DNA of 64,000 bases. It comes from Eledone cirrhosa. Lineage: Eukaryota. The translations under genes were made by a program, and so were the position numbers. The number at the start of each line of letters is the position of its first letter. Positions within the stretch are counted from its first letter, which is position 1. The stretch spans positions 346,642,001-346,706,000 of the forward strand of contig OZ024740.1 in NCBI GenBank assembly GCA_964016885.1, read 5' to 3'. Below, piece by piece: positions 10,314-23,600 of the stretch. The notes beneath the pieces are model-generated. The model worked only from the letters and a program-made list of their open reading frames with translations, had not been told where the DNA came from and searched no databases.

Positions 10314-13300
10314 GATTTCTTTATTAACCATAATGGTTTACATAAAGTAGACATTAAGGACAGTGCAGGACAATACAGTACGGTACAAATGGGCATTTCT
10401 GCGTGTAAAAAACAAAAACAGAGGATGTAACAAAAAAAACAATGAAAAATTCCCCAATAGGGGGGAGACTTCGGAGGGACATTTGTGGAGAAAGCCCAGT
10501 AAAAGGCCACAGTGACCCTGACCACCAAGGCAAGTGCCCTCTCCCAGTTTTCCACCTTTAATTTACAGATAGGTACTCAGAGTAGGCCCATTCACTCGGG
10601 CCATTCTTGCTTCTCTCACCCATCTTTCAACAAAATGCTGGGAAGATAGCACTTCCCTCTCTATTCTGATTTTCCCTTTCAAATGAAATTTGAAAAAGTC
10701 AATCAGGGCATCACCGAAGAGGTAAGTGCTCGTCTTCAGCCCTTTCAAAAGTGGCCACCATACTATCTCTTTCGCCATGGCCACCAGACAGATAAAAACT
10801 GCCTGCCCTTCCCGGCTAAAGGAAGGGGGCGGGGAAATCCTCACGATGGTCTCTGACCATAGCCGGATCCGTCCTACACGCGACAGCAGGTGTTCGACAT
10901 AAACCCACAAGTCACCAATTTTCGGACACTGGACGAGTGCGTGCAGGACGGTTTCGTCGCCCAGCGCGCATCTAAGACATGCCCGGCTGACGGCACCTCC
11001 ATGCCTGTAGAGTTTAGCCCGAACTGGCAAGGCTCCTCGGTAGCACTGCCAGGCCAGAGATGTCTGGAAGCTGTCCATAGGTCCCGGCCCGAAAGTTTTT
11101 CCGAAGTGATTGGCTAGTTGATTTTCGTCGACGCCTAGAATTTCCCCAAGTACGTCATCGCTCTTCCCGTCCACTAATCCTCTATAGAACGCCGAGGTGG
11201 AGTTTCCACCGATCACATTGCCCGATTGGTCGAGGGCTGTGAGCGCCTGAAGACATTCCAGTCTCCAAGCGCTCCCTCTCGGTCTTCGCTTGACCCAGGA
11301 CTGCAGCTCCGTCAAGGAAACGAGCTTGGGAAATGCCTACACATTGGGAGATGCGTACACATCGTAGCCGCCGAAGATCGGTGCGAAGGCCCGTGTTTCG
11401 GAGATTCTGGTCTCGATGATGGCCACTACATCTATGTTTAGTGACCTGAGGTCGTTGAGCAGGTGACCCTGCTTCCATGACGACCCCAAGCCACGCGTAT
11501 TTATGCTGCCTATTCTGAGTGAGGTCATGTTTAAAATAGAGTGGAAAAGATGGGAAAGACCACTGACCGTACTTTTCGTAGAGGAAGGATGGTTTCTCCA
11601 TCCCTTTTCATTTGGTCGTCTGGTGAAAGGACCGTTGAATCATCCCTTCGGCTGGTCGTCGGCTCTTCTATGAGTATGTCCGAATATACTCTCCGGTTGA
11701 GAGTCCCTCCTAGGTTTCTGAAATCACCAACTTCGTTGGGGAATTTCGTTTTAATGTTTGTGTATTGTTTCTGTGCTCTTTTTAGCAGTCTTATGTTCGT
11801 TGGCGTTTTGATTGGTGCTGGTATTATGTAGTCGTGCTGTGAAATGTCTGTGTGTTCAATTATGTAAGTCATTAGTTTCTTGTTGTGTGTATTTATTGCC
11901 GTGCCTTTGTTTTTCTGGGGGTGAGGTGTGGTTCTGCTATTTTCGTGTCGTTGTTGCTGTGTGTGTGTGTTTTGTTGATGTGTTTGCGATGTTGGTGCTT
12001 GTGGTGGTGGTGTTGAAGTTGTTGTTGTTGTTGGCGGTGGGGTTTTCCCCGGTGGTGATGGTGGTGCTAGTGTGGGTGGTGATGGTGTTGTTGGTTTTGC
12101 TGCTGTGAGTCTCTTTGCAGTAGCCTTTACCCTTTTTTCATTTCTTTCCTATCCTTTCGAAGGCGACGATGCGCTGCATCTGAGTTTGTGCCTTCTTACG
12201 ACCTTTTACCATCCCTCTCCCACCAAACGCTCCATATCTGATTCTGTGAGGTCGGGGAGGGGTACCAGCTCCACTCTTTCACTTCTTGTTGTTGGTGATG
12301 TTTGCACTGGAGTCTCTGTTGCAGCTACATTTGGTATTAATGTTGTTGTTGTTGTTAATACTTCCACTGCTGCTGCTGTTTTTGATTTCCGTGGTGTGGG
12401 TATGGGTTCCACGGACCTATCGTTCCTGGTTGCTGCTTGTCCTGTTGCTGGTAGCCGTGGAGCCGGTTTCGGAAGGAGAGGGGTTTTCTCCTTTCTCAGA
12501 GTCTTCTCGTTGCAGAAGGCCCTCAGGTGAGTCTTCGATCCACAGCGAAAGCATTTCGGGCGTTTGCCGTCAACACTTATGGGCAGTTGAGTGCCATTAT
12601 TGAAGTCTATCACATCCGGGATAGCTTCGATGCACTCCTGGTTGGTTTGGATTAACATCTCAATGGAGGTGCCAACCCAATCTTCTGTTACTTTTTTCTG
12701 TACTTGCAGTACAGTTGCTTTGTCCTCGATTCCGACGAGGACAGACGCGGCCAGTCAAGAAGGAGCCATCCCGGGGTGTGGGGGCGGTCAGTTTGACCCT
12801 CACAATTTTTTGCCCGCAGTAGGAGGGCACCAACACCATTTCCTCGCTCCTTAGGGTCACTAAGGATTGAGCCTTTGCCTCCTGGTGTTTGGCAAAAAGC
12901 ACGTCTACGGTGGCATATTTCTTGCCTCGGGTGATGTGCGTTTTCCGCTGCCACACAAACCCTAAGGCTTTTTGTATTTGAGCCTCTGTGGATCTTTCAA
13001 CCCTACGTGATTTTGTGCTTACTGTTCGGTACGTGACCGTACAGTGCTGTTGGGTTTCGAAAAATGTTTCGGCTGCCTTACAGATTGCTCGGTATCCAGT
13101 TTTTGTCACCATCTTCTTCGCTTCCTGTAATTCCTCATTTGTTATGAGGATGGTTTCCAGGTTCTTTACGATACCTGCAAACGAGATTGGTTTTTCTTTG
13201 CTGCTGTTGTTGTTGTTGTTGTTGTCATCAGAGCTGCTGTTGCTTTTGTTGTGTTGCTGCAGGTACTACGACTACTGCCGCCGTCGCTGTTGCTGCGGTT

Positions 13301-13885
13301 GTTGTTGCTGCTGCTGCTGTTGCTGTTGTTGTTTATGCTGCTGCTGATGCTGTTACGGCTGCTACTGTTGTTTTCCTTGTCACTGTTGCTGCTGCTACTG
13401 CTATTATTCAGGACGTCAGACGAAATAAATGGGTTTTCGTATTTCCCGCACACCTTTTTCGTCGTTGTCGTCGTCGTCGTGGAGAAATGTTGCACGCTTT
13501 GCACGTGATTTTTCTTTACTGGCGTCGTTTGCGAAAGAGAAGGGAGGGAGAGAGACACATTTAGAGAAGGGAGGGAGAGAGACAATCTTATCTCTGCTGT
13601 AGTGACGATTGAGGAAGAAGAAGACGGAATGAGAGGGAGTGACCTATGAACATTCTCTTTTCGTAACCATGTTTTTTTTTTGTTTAAAATAAATATTGGG
13701 CACAAAACCCCAATAAGCGGTTATTTAACCCCGAAGGGCCAAATAACGGACAGAAAGACCCCTCTCACGAGGAGGAGGTTGTTTTTGTCTACAATTTGGT
13801 TAAAGTTTTAAACAATTTACAATTGTTATAGCGGTCAGCATTTACAATACCTTACAGAGCCGAGCCTCCGTCAACCATAGCATTC
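10314..13885 (-). mobile_element. Tx1 family B copy B1 with a ~2.4 kb internal ORF2 deletion
   Basis: Both termini are intact. ORF1 has CFRCGSKTHLRAFC. The ORF2 start MTSLRIGSINTRGL (11528) is joined at about 11337 to the C-terminal CCHC region (10563..11315). Confidence 0.93.

Positions 13886-13948
<63 letters not shown>
13886..13948. repeat. (AAT)n junction tract
   Basis: Direct read. Confidence 0.98.
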
Positions 13949-13949
<1 letters not shown>

Positions 13950-14916
13950 CTTTCTTTATTAACCACAAGGGTTTACACAAAGTAGACATTAAGGACAGTA
14001 CAGGACAATACAGGACGGTACAAATAGGCATTTCTGCGTGTAAAAAAACAAAAAAATAGAGGTTTTAATAAAAGAACAATGAAAAATTCCCCAATAGGGG
14101 GGGAGACTTCCGAGGGCCATCGTGGAGAAAGCCCATTAAAAAAAGCCACTGTGACCCTGACCACCAGGGCAATTCTCCTGTCCCAGTTTTCCACCTTCAA
14201 TTTACAGGCATATACTCCTAGTAGGTCCATTCACACGGGCCATTCTTGCATCTCTCACCCATCTTTCAACAAAAAGCTGGGAAGAGAGCACCTCTCTCTC
14301 TACCCTGATTTTCATTTTCAAATGAAATTGGAAAAAGTCAATCAGTGCATCACCGAAGAGGTAAGTGCTCGTATTCAGCCCTTTCAGACGCGTCCACCAT
14401 ACTATCTCTTTCGCTATGGCCACCAGACAGATAAAAAACTGCCTCCCCTTACCGGCTAAAGGAAGAGGGCGGGGAAATCCTCACGATGGCGACTGCAGGT
14501 GTTCGACATAAATCCAGAAGTCAGCAAGCTCGGACACTGGACGACTGCATGCAGAACGGTTTCATCGCCCTGCGCGCATCTAGGACATGTCCGGCTGACG
14601 ACGCCTCGTTGCCTGTAGAGTTTATCCCGAACTGGCAAAGCTCCTCGGTAGCACTGCCAGGCCAGGGATTTCTCGAAGTCGTCCATAGGCCCCGGCCCGA
14701 AAGTCCTTCCAAAGATATTGACTAGTTTATTTTCTTCGACGCCTAGAGTTTCCCATAGTACGTCGTGGCTCTTCCCCTCCACTAATCCTCTATAAAACGC
14801 CAAGATGGAGTTTCCACCGATCACATTACCCGACTGGTCGAGGGCTGTGAGCGCCTGAAGACATTCCAGTCTCCAAGCGCTCCTTCTCTGTCTTCGCTTG
14901 ACCCAGGACTGCAGCT
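13949..14916 (-). mobile_element. Tx1 family B copy B2, 5'-truncated (about 1 kb of the 3' end)
   Basis: B 3' UTR plus the ORF2 C-terminus (CPRCAQGDETVLHAVVQC). Ends at GGACTGCAGCT. Confidence 0.92.
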
Positions 14917-14919
14917 ATA

Positions 14920-17900
14920 CGAAGAATATACGAAGAAATATTGTTAAAAAAACGTTACTAACTGATATAGAAATTGATCAGATCAAGCAATTAGCACAAA
15001 GTCATCGAAGGGAAAATAAAACATGTGTCAGTTAAAACGAGGTAAATTGTAACACTTCGCATCCCAGGGTGGAGGCGGATCATTGACAGAAGAACAAATT
15101 AAAGAAAGGTTCATAAAAGTTGAGGGTGTGCATGCTCAAGATGAAACTCAAAACGAAAACAATGAGATCGTAATTGATAAAGAAATGAATGAGAATGAAC
15201 TTGCCAACTTGAAGAATGAAATTATGATCGAATGGATGAAAATGAAAGAATCTGACATGGGGAACGAGACACTCTCCCTAAGATCCAGAACTCCAAACAG
15301 AACCAAAATATAATACACAAGACTAACTTAATTCTCAAAAACATTATCATCACAAACAAACTAAACATTACTGATCTAAATCATCTCTATTATGCATCGG
15401 CTTAGGTGGAGTGAAAATGAAAAAAACATAGGAATTCCCACAAGAAACCTACTTGGCAAGAGAACATCAATCGCCAAATAAACCTCCGATCTGACAGAAA
15501 TTTTAACAAGCTACAAAGTAGGTGAACTTGTTAAACAAACTTAGAAAATTGAAAAGAAAATACAGTATAAAATCAACAAGTGACATAGACATGCTGATAG
15601 AAATAATCAAGCAAAAAGTGTCGGCCAAAGCTGCTCATATAAGGCGCTTTGAAAAACGATCTAGATTCTATAAGGACAATAATATGTTCAAAAACAATCA
15701 AAGAAACTTCTACAGAAAAATTGGCAAGTCAACAATAACTGCTAAGTCAATACCACCCAAGGAGGAAGTGAGAGAATTCTGGGAAAAGATCTGGGCCGAA
15801 GAAAAAGTTCATAATATACATGCCCCATGGATAGACAGACGAATGAAATATACAGCTCACCTTGAGGATCAAACATGGGAAAATATAACAGTTGAACAGT
15901 TGCGTTTGGCTGTTAAAAAAAACCCCATCAAATGGAAATGCCCAGGAAAAGACAAAATACCAAATTTTTGGTTAAATGCCTTCACAGAGTCTCATGAGCT
16001 GTTAGCCCAACTTTACAATGAATTGGCTAAGGAGCCAGAAAAGATACAATCATGCCTAGTTAACGGCATTACATTCCTACTTCCGAAGAATGATGAGACA
16101 AACAATCCCAAAAGTTACAGACCGATAACTTGCTTGACCATAAAGTATAACATTTTAACATCAGGCCTAACTGAATATACATATAATCACCTGATAACAA
16201 ATGATCTATTTACCAATGAGCAGAAAGGTTGTAAACGAGGCTCATATGGCTGTACGGATCGGCTTTTGTTTAACAAAATGATACTGGAAGATTGTCATAA
16301 TAGACAAAATATCTATCAATTGCTTGGATAGATTACAAAAAACATATGATAGTTTGCCACACAGTTGGATTGAAAACTGTTTAGAAATTTTCAAAATATC
16401 TCCCGTTGACAGGAGGTTCCTGTCATTCAGTATGAAGAGATGGAAAACGACACACCTTTTGAATAATGAAAGAAAATCACTGAAAGCTGGAGAAGTTAAT
16501 ATTAATTGTGGAATTTTTCAGAGTGACTCTTTATCACCGCTTTTATTCTGCATCGCACTTATACAATTAAGTAAAATGCTCAATGAAACAAAACATGGAT
16601 ATAAAGTCTATGACAAAACCATTAATCACTTGTTCTACATGGATGACCTGAAACTATTTGCAAAAAATGATGAACGATTGCAAGGGCTATTATCCACTGT
16701 GGAGCAGTTCAGTGATGACATTAACATGGAGTTTGGACGAGATAAATGCGCCAAAGCAAGGTTCATCAGAGGAAAGCTGCTGAAAAGTTAAGACATTAAT
16801 GTTGATCGGGGGAATGTGATAAGAGAACTTGATCAAGAAGAAAATTACAAATATCTAGGTGTTTGTGAAGGAGACGGAATCAAACACTCGACAATGAGGG
16901 CAAGGATAAGGAAGGAATGTTACCCCAGAGAAAAAGCAATCTTAAGAACGGAATTGAATGCAAGGAATAGGATTGATGCCATAAACACGCTTGCCATATC
17001 AGTAGTAACCTATGTCATCAACTGGTCAAGCACAGAGATCCGTAGGCTTGATACAAACATTAGAAAATTCTTAAATATGCACAGAATGCATCAACCTAAG
17101 CAGATACAGATAGAATATATGTCACTAGGAAAGAAGGAGGACGTGGGTTAATCCAGTTAGATATTGCGGTGAAAACTCCAACAATTGGATTATCTACATA
17201 TCTAAAGGAATCACATGATTGGATGATCAAACTCGTTTTGAAACACGAAAGCATCAAAAGATCATACTCCATTACAAAAGATGCACAAAGATACACTAAT
17301 GGACTACAAATTTCAGAAGTTCCATTTACTGTTGAAATGAAAAACACAGAAAAACAAAGCAGGTAAAAGTAACTTCAAAGAAAGAACTGCTACAGAAACT
17401 GGCTAAGAAATGGCAAGAAAAGCCTCTGTATGGAAAATACCCAGAAAGAGTTAACACTCCTGATGTTGACAAAACATTAACCCATTAGTGGTTGGCATCC
17501 TCTGGACTGAAATCGGAGACTGGAAGACTAATTATCTCAGCACAAGACTAGTATCTGCCAACAGAAAACAACCAGAGACCATTGATCATATAATTTCAAT
17601 GTGCAGTCCTTTAGATCCAACCGAATAGCTAAATAGGCACGACCCAGCTGCACAATACATACATTGGATAATGTGTAAGAATTTTGACCTGCCCCATCAA
17701 AAGAATTGGTGGGAGCATCAACCACCTCCCATACTTGAAAAAGATCACATCTCAATCTTGTGGAACTTTAGCATCCAAACAGACCGAAACATAGATGCAA
17801 ATAGACCTGATATAATACTGAAGGACTTTAAAAAGAGGGTATGCCTGCTAATTGATATGTTCGTTCCAATAGACAAGAATATATCGACAAAAAGGTTTGA

Positions 17901-18254
17901 AAAATTGAGCAAGTATAAGGACCTGGACATAGAAATTGGAAAAATGTGGAAATTAAGAACTAAAACAATACCAGTGGTTGTAGGCGCTCTAGGATGATAC
18001 CTAAGGGTCTAATGATTACTTATCGCAAATCACAGGAAACCCGCGTATAGGAGAAATACAAAAGATAGTACTAATGGGAACTGCCCATATACTAAAGAAG
18101 ATTCTGTCAATATAAGTACATCACGAGGCTAAACACCTAAAGTTGCATGTGTGAGTATGTATGTTCTTTCTTGAACATGGCGTACCTTGTTGTCTATTGA
18201 GGTCACCTGTTGTGACTTGGTGATAACTCGTATGAACATAAAGCAAGATAAATG
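14920..18254 (+). mobile_element. Dong/R4-clade retrotransposon copy 2 (longer 5' region, decayed)
   Basis: Colinear with copy 1 from about 15330 and extends about 410 bp further 5'. Has YMDD and the RLE motifs, many stops and the same 3' terminus AGCAAGATAAATG. Confidence 0.93.
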
Positions 18255-18259
18255 CAGCT

Positions 18260-18298
18260 ATAATAATAATAATTATTATTATTATTATTATTATTATT
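18260..18298. repeat. (AAT)n/(ATT)n tract with a polarity switch near 18272
   Basis: TAATAATAATAATTATTATT read directly. Confidence 0.95.
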
Positions 18299-18489
18299 GA
18301 ATGCGATGTTTGACGGAGGCTCGGCTGTGTAAGGTATAGTAATTTTTAACCGCTATAACAATTTTAAATTGTTTAAAACTTGAACCAAATTGAGAGAGGT
18401 CTTTCTGACCGTTATTTAGCTCTTCGGGGTTAAATAACCGCTTATTTGGGTTTAGTGCCCAATATTCATTTTAAACCGTAATAAAAAAC

Positions 18490-20612
18490 ATGGCTACAAA
18501 AAAGAATTTTCACAAGTCACACCCACTCTTTCCGTCTTCTTCTTCCTCAACCGTCATTACGTCAGAGAGAAGATTGTCTCTCTCCCTTCCTTCTCTAAAT
18601 GTGGTGTCGCCTCTTTCGCAAGCGACGCCATTAAAGAAAAAGAAAAATATAGTTTCTGGTAGCTTTCACCAAGAGAACGTGCATACCGTGGAACATTTCT
18701 CCACGACGACGACAACGACGAGAAATGTGTGCGGTAAATACGGAAGGCCATTTCATTCGACTGACGTCATGAAGAATAGTAGCAGCAGCCGTAATAACAG
18801 CAGCAGCAGCAACAGTGACAAGGAAAACACTAGTAGCAACCGTAACAACATCAGCTGCAGCATAACCAACAACAGCAGCAGCAGCAACAGCAACAACAAC
18901 AGCAGTAGCAGCAGCAGCAACAACAACAACAACCACGTCAACAGCGGTGGCGGCGGTCGTTGTAACAGCAGCAACAACAAAAGTAACAGCAGCTCTGACG
19001 AAAACAATAACATCAACAAGACAAAAAAAAACAATCTCGTTTTCAGGTATCGCAAAGAGCCTGGAAACCATCCTTATAATAAATGAGGAATTACAGGAAG
19101 CAAAGAAGATGGTGCCGAAAACCGGACACCGATCAATGTTCAAGGCAGCCGAAAAATGTTTCGAAACCCAACAGCACTGTACGGTCACGTACCGTACAGT
19201 AAGCACAAAATCACGTAGGGTTGAAAGAGCCACAGATGCTCAAATACAAAAAGCCTTAGGGTCTGTGTGGCAGCGGAAAACGCATATCACCTGAGGCAAG
19301 AAATATGCCACAGTGGACGTGCTTTTTGCCACACCCCAGTGACCCTAAGGAGCGAGGAAATGGTGTTGGTGCCCTCCTACTGCGGGCAAAACATTGTGAG
19401 CGTCAAACTGACCGACGTTCCACCCAGGATGGCCCCTTCTTCGCTCGCCACGTCTGTCCTCGTTGGAATCGAGGACAAAACCACTGTACTCCAAGTACAG
19501 AAAAAAGTACGAGAAGATTGGGTAGGCACCTCCATTGAGATGTTAATTCAAACCAACTAGGAGTGCATCGATGTTATCCCGGATGTGATAGACTTCGGTA
19601 ACGGCACTCAACTGCACATAGGTGTTGAGGTCTGACGTCCGAAATGCTTTGGCTGTGGGTCGAAGTCTCACCACAGGGCCTTCTGCAATGAGGAGACCCT
19701 GAGAAAGGAGAAAACCCCCCTCCTTCCGAAACCGGCTCCACTGCTAGTAGCAACAGGACAGGCGGCAAGCAGGAAGGATAGGTCCGTGGCACCCATACCC
19801 ACGCCACGGAAATCAAGAACAGCAGCAGCAGTGGAAGTATTAACAACATCAACAGTAATACCAACTGCAGCTGCAACAGAGACTCAACTGCAACCATCAC
19901 TAACAAGAACAAGTGAAAGAGTGAAGCTGGTACCCCTCCCCAACCTCACAGAATCGGACATGGAGTGTGAGATAGGAGAGGGATGGCAAAAGGTCGCCAG
20001 AAGGCAGAAACGCAGAAGAAGCGCATCGTCGCCTTCGAAAAGGGAGGGAAGAAATGAAAATAGGGTAAAGGCTACTGCAAAGAGACTTAAATAGGGTAAA
20101 GGCTACTGCAAAGAGACTTACAGCAGCAAACCAACGACACCATCACCTCCCACACTAGCACCACCATCACCACCGGCGGCAACCCCACCGCCAACAACAA
20201 CAACACCTTCAACACCACCACTACAAGCACCAACATAGCAAACACAACAATAAAACACACACACCCAGCAACAACGACAAGAAAATAGCAGAACCATACC
20301 CAACCCCCAGAAAAAGAAAGGCACAGCAATAAATACACACAACAAGAAACTAATGACATACATAATTGAACACACAGACATTTCACAGCACGACTACATC
20401 ATACCAGAACCAATCAAAACACCAACGATCATAAGACTGCTAAGAACAGCACAGAAACAATACACAAAAATTAAAATGAAATTCCCCAACGCAGTTGGTG
20501 ATTTCTGAGACCTAGGAGGGACACTCAACCGGAGAGTATATTCGGATATACTCACAGACGAGCCGACGACCAGCCGAAGGGAGGATTCAACATTCCCTTC
20601 ACTGATCAAGTG
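18490..20612 (+). pseudogene. B3 ORF1, Asn/Ser-rich N-terminus, CCHC knuckle, disrupted
   Basis: ORFs 18490..19086, 18947..19294, 19267..19560 and 19786..20094. A 31-bp tandem duplication lies at 20058-20119. Confidence 0.85.
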
Positions 20613-20691
20613 AAAAGGGATGGAGAAACGATCCTTCCTCTACGAGAAGTTAGCTAAGTTGTCTTTCCCATCTTTTCCACTCCATTTCAAC

Positions 20692-23600
20692 ATGACCTCA
20701 CTCAGAATAGGCAGTATAAATGCGCGTGGCTTGGGGTCGTCATGGAAGCAGGGCCACCTGCTCAACGACCTGGGGTCACTAAACATAGATGTAGTGGCCA
20801 TCAGCAGGACCAGAATCTCCGAAGCACGGGCCTTCGCACCGTCTTCGGCGGCTACGATGTGTACGCTTCTCCCTGCCGTCCTGGATCGAAGGGAGGAGTT
20901 GCTGTCCTTTTTCGGAGAGATTTGGATCTCGCCATACTGGCCATCTTCCTGGACCCAGAAGTTAAGTTGTTGGTGCAGGACGTGACCAGCGGAGACGCGC
21001 AAGCTTTCAGGCTAGTGGCCGTCTATGCCCCGACAGGAGCAGGGCGGCCCGATTTCTTCTGGCGTCTGGAAACCTTTCTAGGAATGTCCAGCTCTTTAGT
21101 GATAGTGGGCGACTGGACCGGGATCTCGTATGCACGTTGGGACTGTGTGGGATTAGCAGATAGGGTAGGATGGTGCAAGAGCCTCACCAACCAGCTCAGG
21201 CGTTTTGAACTGTCTGAGAGGTACCGATTGGATTCCCGAATGTGCCAATGTGGACTTGGACAAACCGCGTCGGTTCATCCAGATCATATCTAGATAGAGT
21301 ATTTTGTAGGGAAATAGATAGGTCTAGCATAGGCTGTCTACAATTCAGGATAGTCAGCTACACGGACCACAAATTCGTGATATGTGTGCTTGACTTAGAT
21401 ATTCTTCATAGACGAGAACCCGGCTACTGGAAGCTAAACGGGTCCTTACCAGCGCGCAATACCTACATAGACGGGATTAGCGAACTAGTTAAGCGGGCTT
21501 TGACGGGGGCCATCGTCAACAACCAGTGGTGGTTTGCTCTGCAAAGAGCGATTAGAATAGAGTGCATTAGGTTTAGTAAGGCTTTAGCCATAGAGAAAAA
21601 TAGAGCAGAGGGAGAACTAGTTAGAAAATTAGACGAGGCGCTTAGCAAAGGCATCGCGATCGATGCTCTTGCGGCGAAATTGCCCCTTGAACAATTCTTC
21701 AATGCAAAGCACGAATGCTGCGTTTTCAGAGCTAGGTGCGTGCTCTCAGACACCAGGAGACGAAAGCCATTCAATGGGCCCTAGTGGCGGAGGCGCGTCG
21801 TGGCAACAAAGCTACTCGATCCTGGGCAAATGTGTGAAGCTTTTCAGCGACGCTTTGCTCAGCTGTTCGGGGGTAGCGGCGGGCCAGATCGAGGGTTGGA
21901 CTTTAGTGTTTACCTCGACGGACTGCCGCGGCTCCCGGCCACTGAGGCGGAGTGTTGCGAAAATCCGATAACAGCAGCTGATGTATGGGAGGCAATGACT
22001 GGGTGCACAAGGGGTAAATCGCCTGGTTTGGATGGTCTGCCCTATGAACTTTACGTACAGTTGCCAGACTTGTTCGGAGACCTCTTGGCGGATGTCTACT
22101 GCAACTGGCAACAGAACGGGGAATTCCCAGCTTTGTAAACCGAGGAGCCCGTGGCGTTGCTGAAAAAGGATCCGAACAAGAGGGATAACATAGATAATTT
22201 CAGGCCTATAACTCTTCTAAATACAGAGTTCAAGATTTTGGCCAAGGTGCTAGCAAAGTGGTTGGCGCTTGTCGTTGGTAGTCTGGTAAGAGAGGCGCAG
22301 ACATGGGCCATTCCCGACAGATCCATCCACAACAAGCTCCACCTCATGCGATACATTGTGGAGTGGGTAGCTAGGGTACCTGGCACGGGTGTGTCCTTGA
22401 TCAATTTAGATGAGTAGAAAGCTTTCGATTGGGTCGACCATCGTTATCTGGCGGCTGTCCTGAGGGCGGCTGGCTTTGGGCCCGTCTTCAGAGGCTGGAT
22501 CACCGCCATGCACAGCGACATCTGCTCTGTAGTGAGAGTGAACGGTCACCTTTCGGAACCGTTCAACATCATGCGCTCGGTCCGCCAAGGATGTCCCCTG
22601 TCGTCCATCTTGTACGTATTTACTCTCGAGCCATTACTGCACAAATTGGAGACATTGAGGGGGGGGGGGATCCCGCACGAATTAGGATGCGGAAGATCCG
22701 TGTCAGCATATGCGGACGATGTCACCGTAGTGGTGTCGAACGCAAAACTGATCGAGGCGATCGGCACTACACTAAGAGAATACGAAGCGATGACAGGAGC
22801 AATGATCAACCAGGAAAAGTCGGTGGTCCTGCAGTTCGGCAACTGGAGAGGCAGGTCCATGCCGTCCAACGGCGTCGTCTGGCGCTGGACAGACGGACCA
22901 ATTAAATTGTTAGGGGTCTGGTTCGGTCGGGACCTCCAGAGGGACAAAAGCTGGGACGAGGTGACGAGCAGGGTGGCTTCTCTCACCAATAAATGGGCAG
23001 AGAGGAAGCTATCCGTGAAAGGTCGAGCGGAGGTGGCGAACGCGTACATCGCGTCCATCATTTACTACGGCCTGACCGTCGTGCTTTGTCCTAAGCCTCG
23101 CCTGACTGCGCTGGAGCGTTTGCTATTTCACTTTTTGTAGAAGGGACGCGCTCCGTTGGTCAGCCGGTCCATCAGCTGTCAACACCCGCTACGTGGAGGG
23201 CGGGGCTTGCCGTGGCTATGATGTGCAGACACGCGCTCAGGCTACGACACTCCACCTCTTCCTCGACGCTGATCAGGTGTGGTTGCCGTTTGCTAGACGC
23301 GTCTTTCCCCAGCTCATCTCCTTGACGGAGCTGCAGTCCTGGGTCAAGCGAAGGACGCGAGGGAGCGCTTGGAGACTGGAATGTCTTCAGGCGTTCACAG
23401 CCCTCGACCAATCGGGCAATGTGATCGGTGGAAACTCCACCTCGGAGTTCTATAGAAGATTAGTGGAGGGGAAGAGCGACAACGTACTTTGGGAAACTTT
23501 AGGCGGCGACGAAAATCAACTAGCCAATCTCTTTGGAAGAACTTTCGGGCCGGGCCTATGGACAACTTCCAGAAATCCCTGGCTTGGCAGTGCTACCGAG

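Noticed and set aside
13800-13885. HDV-like ribozyme at Tx1 or Dong 5' ends
   Set aside because: No nested double pseudoknot could be built by eye, and both Dong copies lack their 5' ends.
20058-20119. 31-bp tandem duplication in B3
   Set aside because: It is private to one copy and breaks the frame, consistent with ordinary decay.
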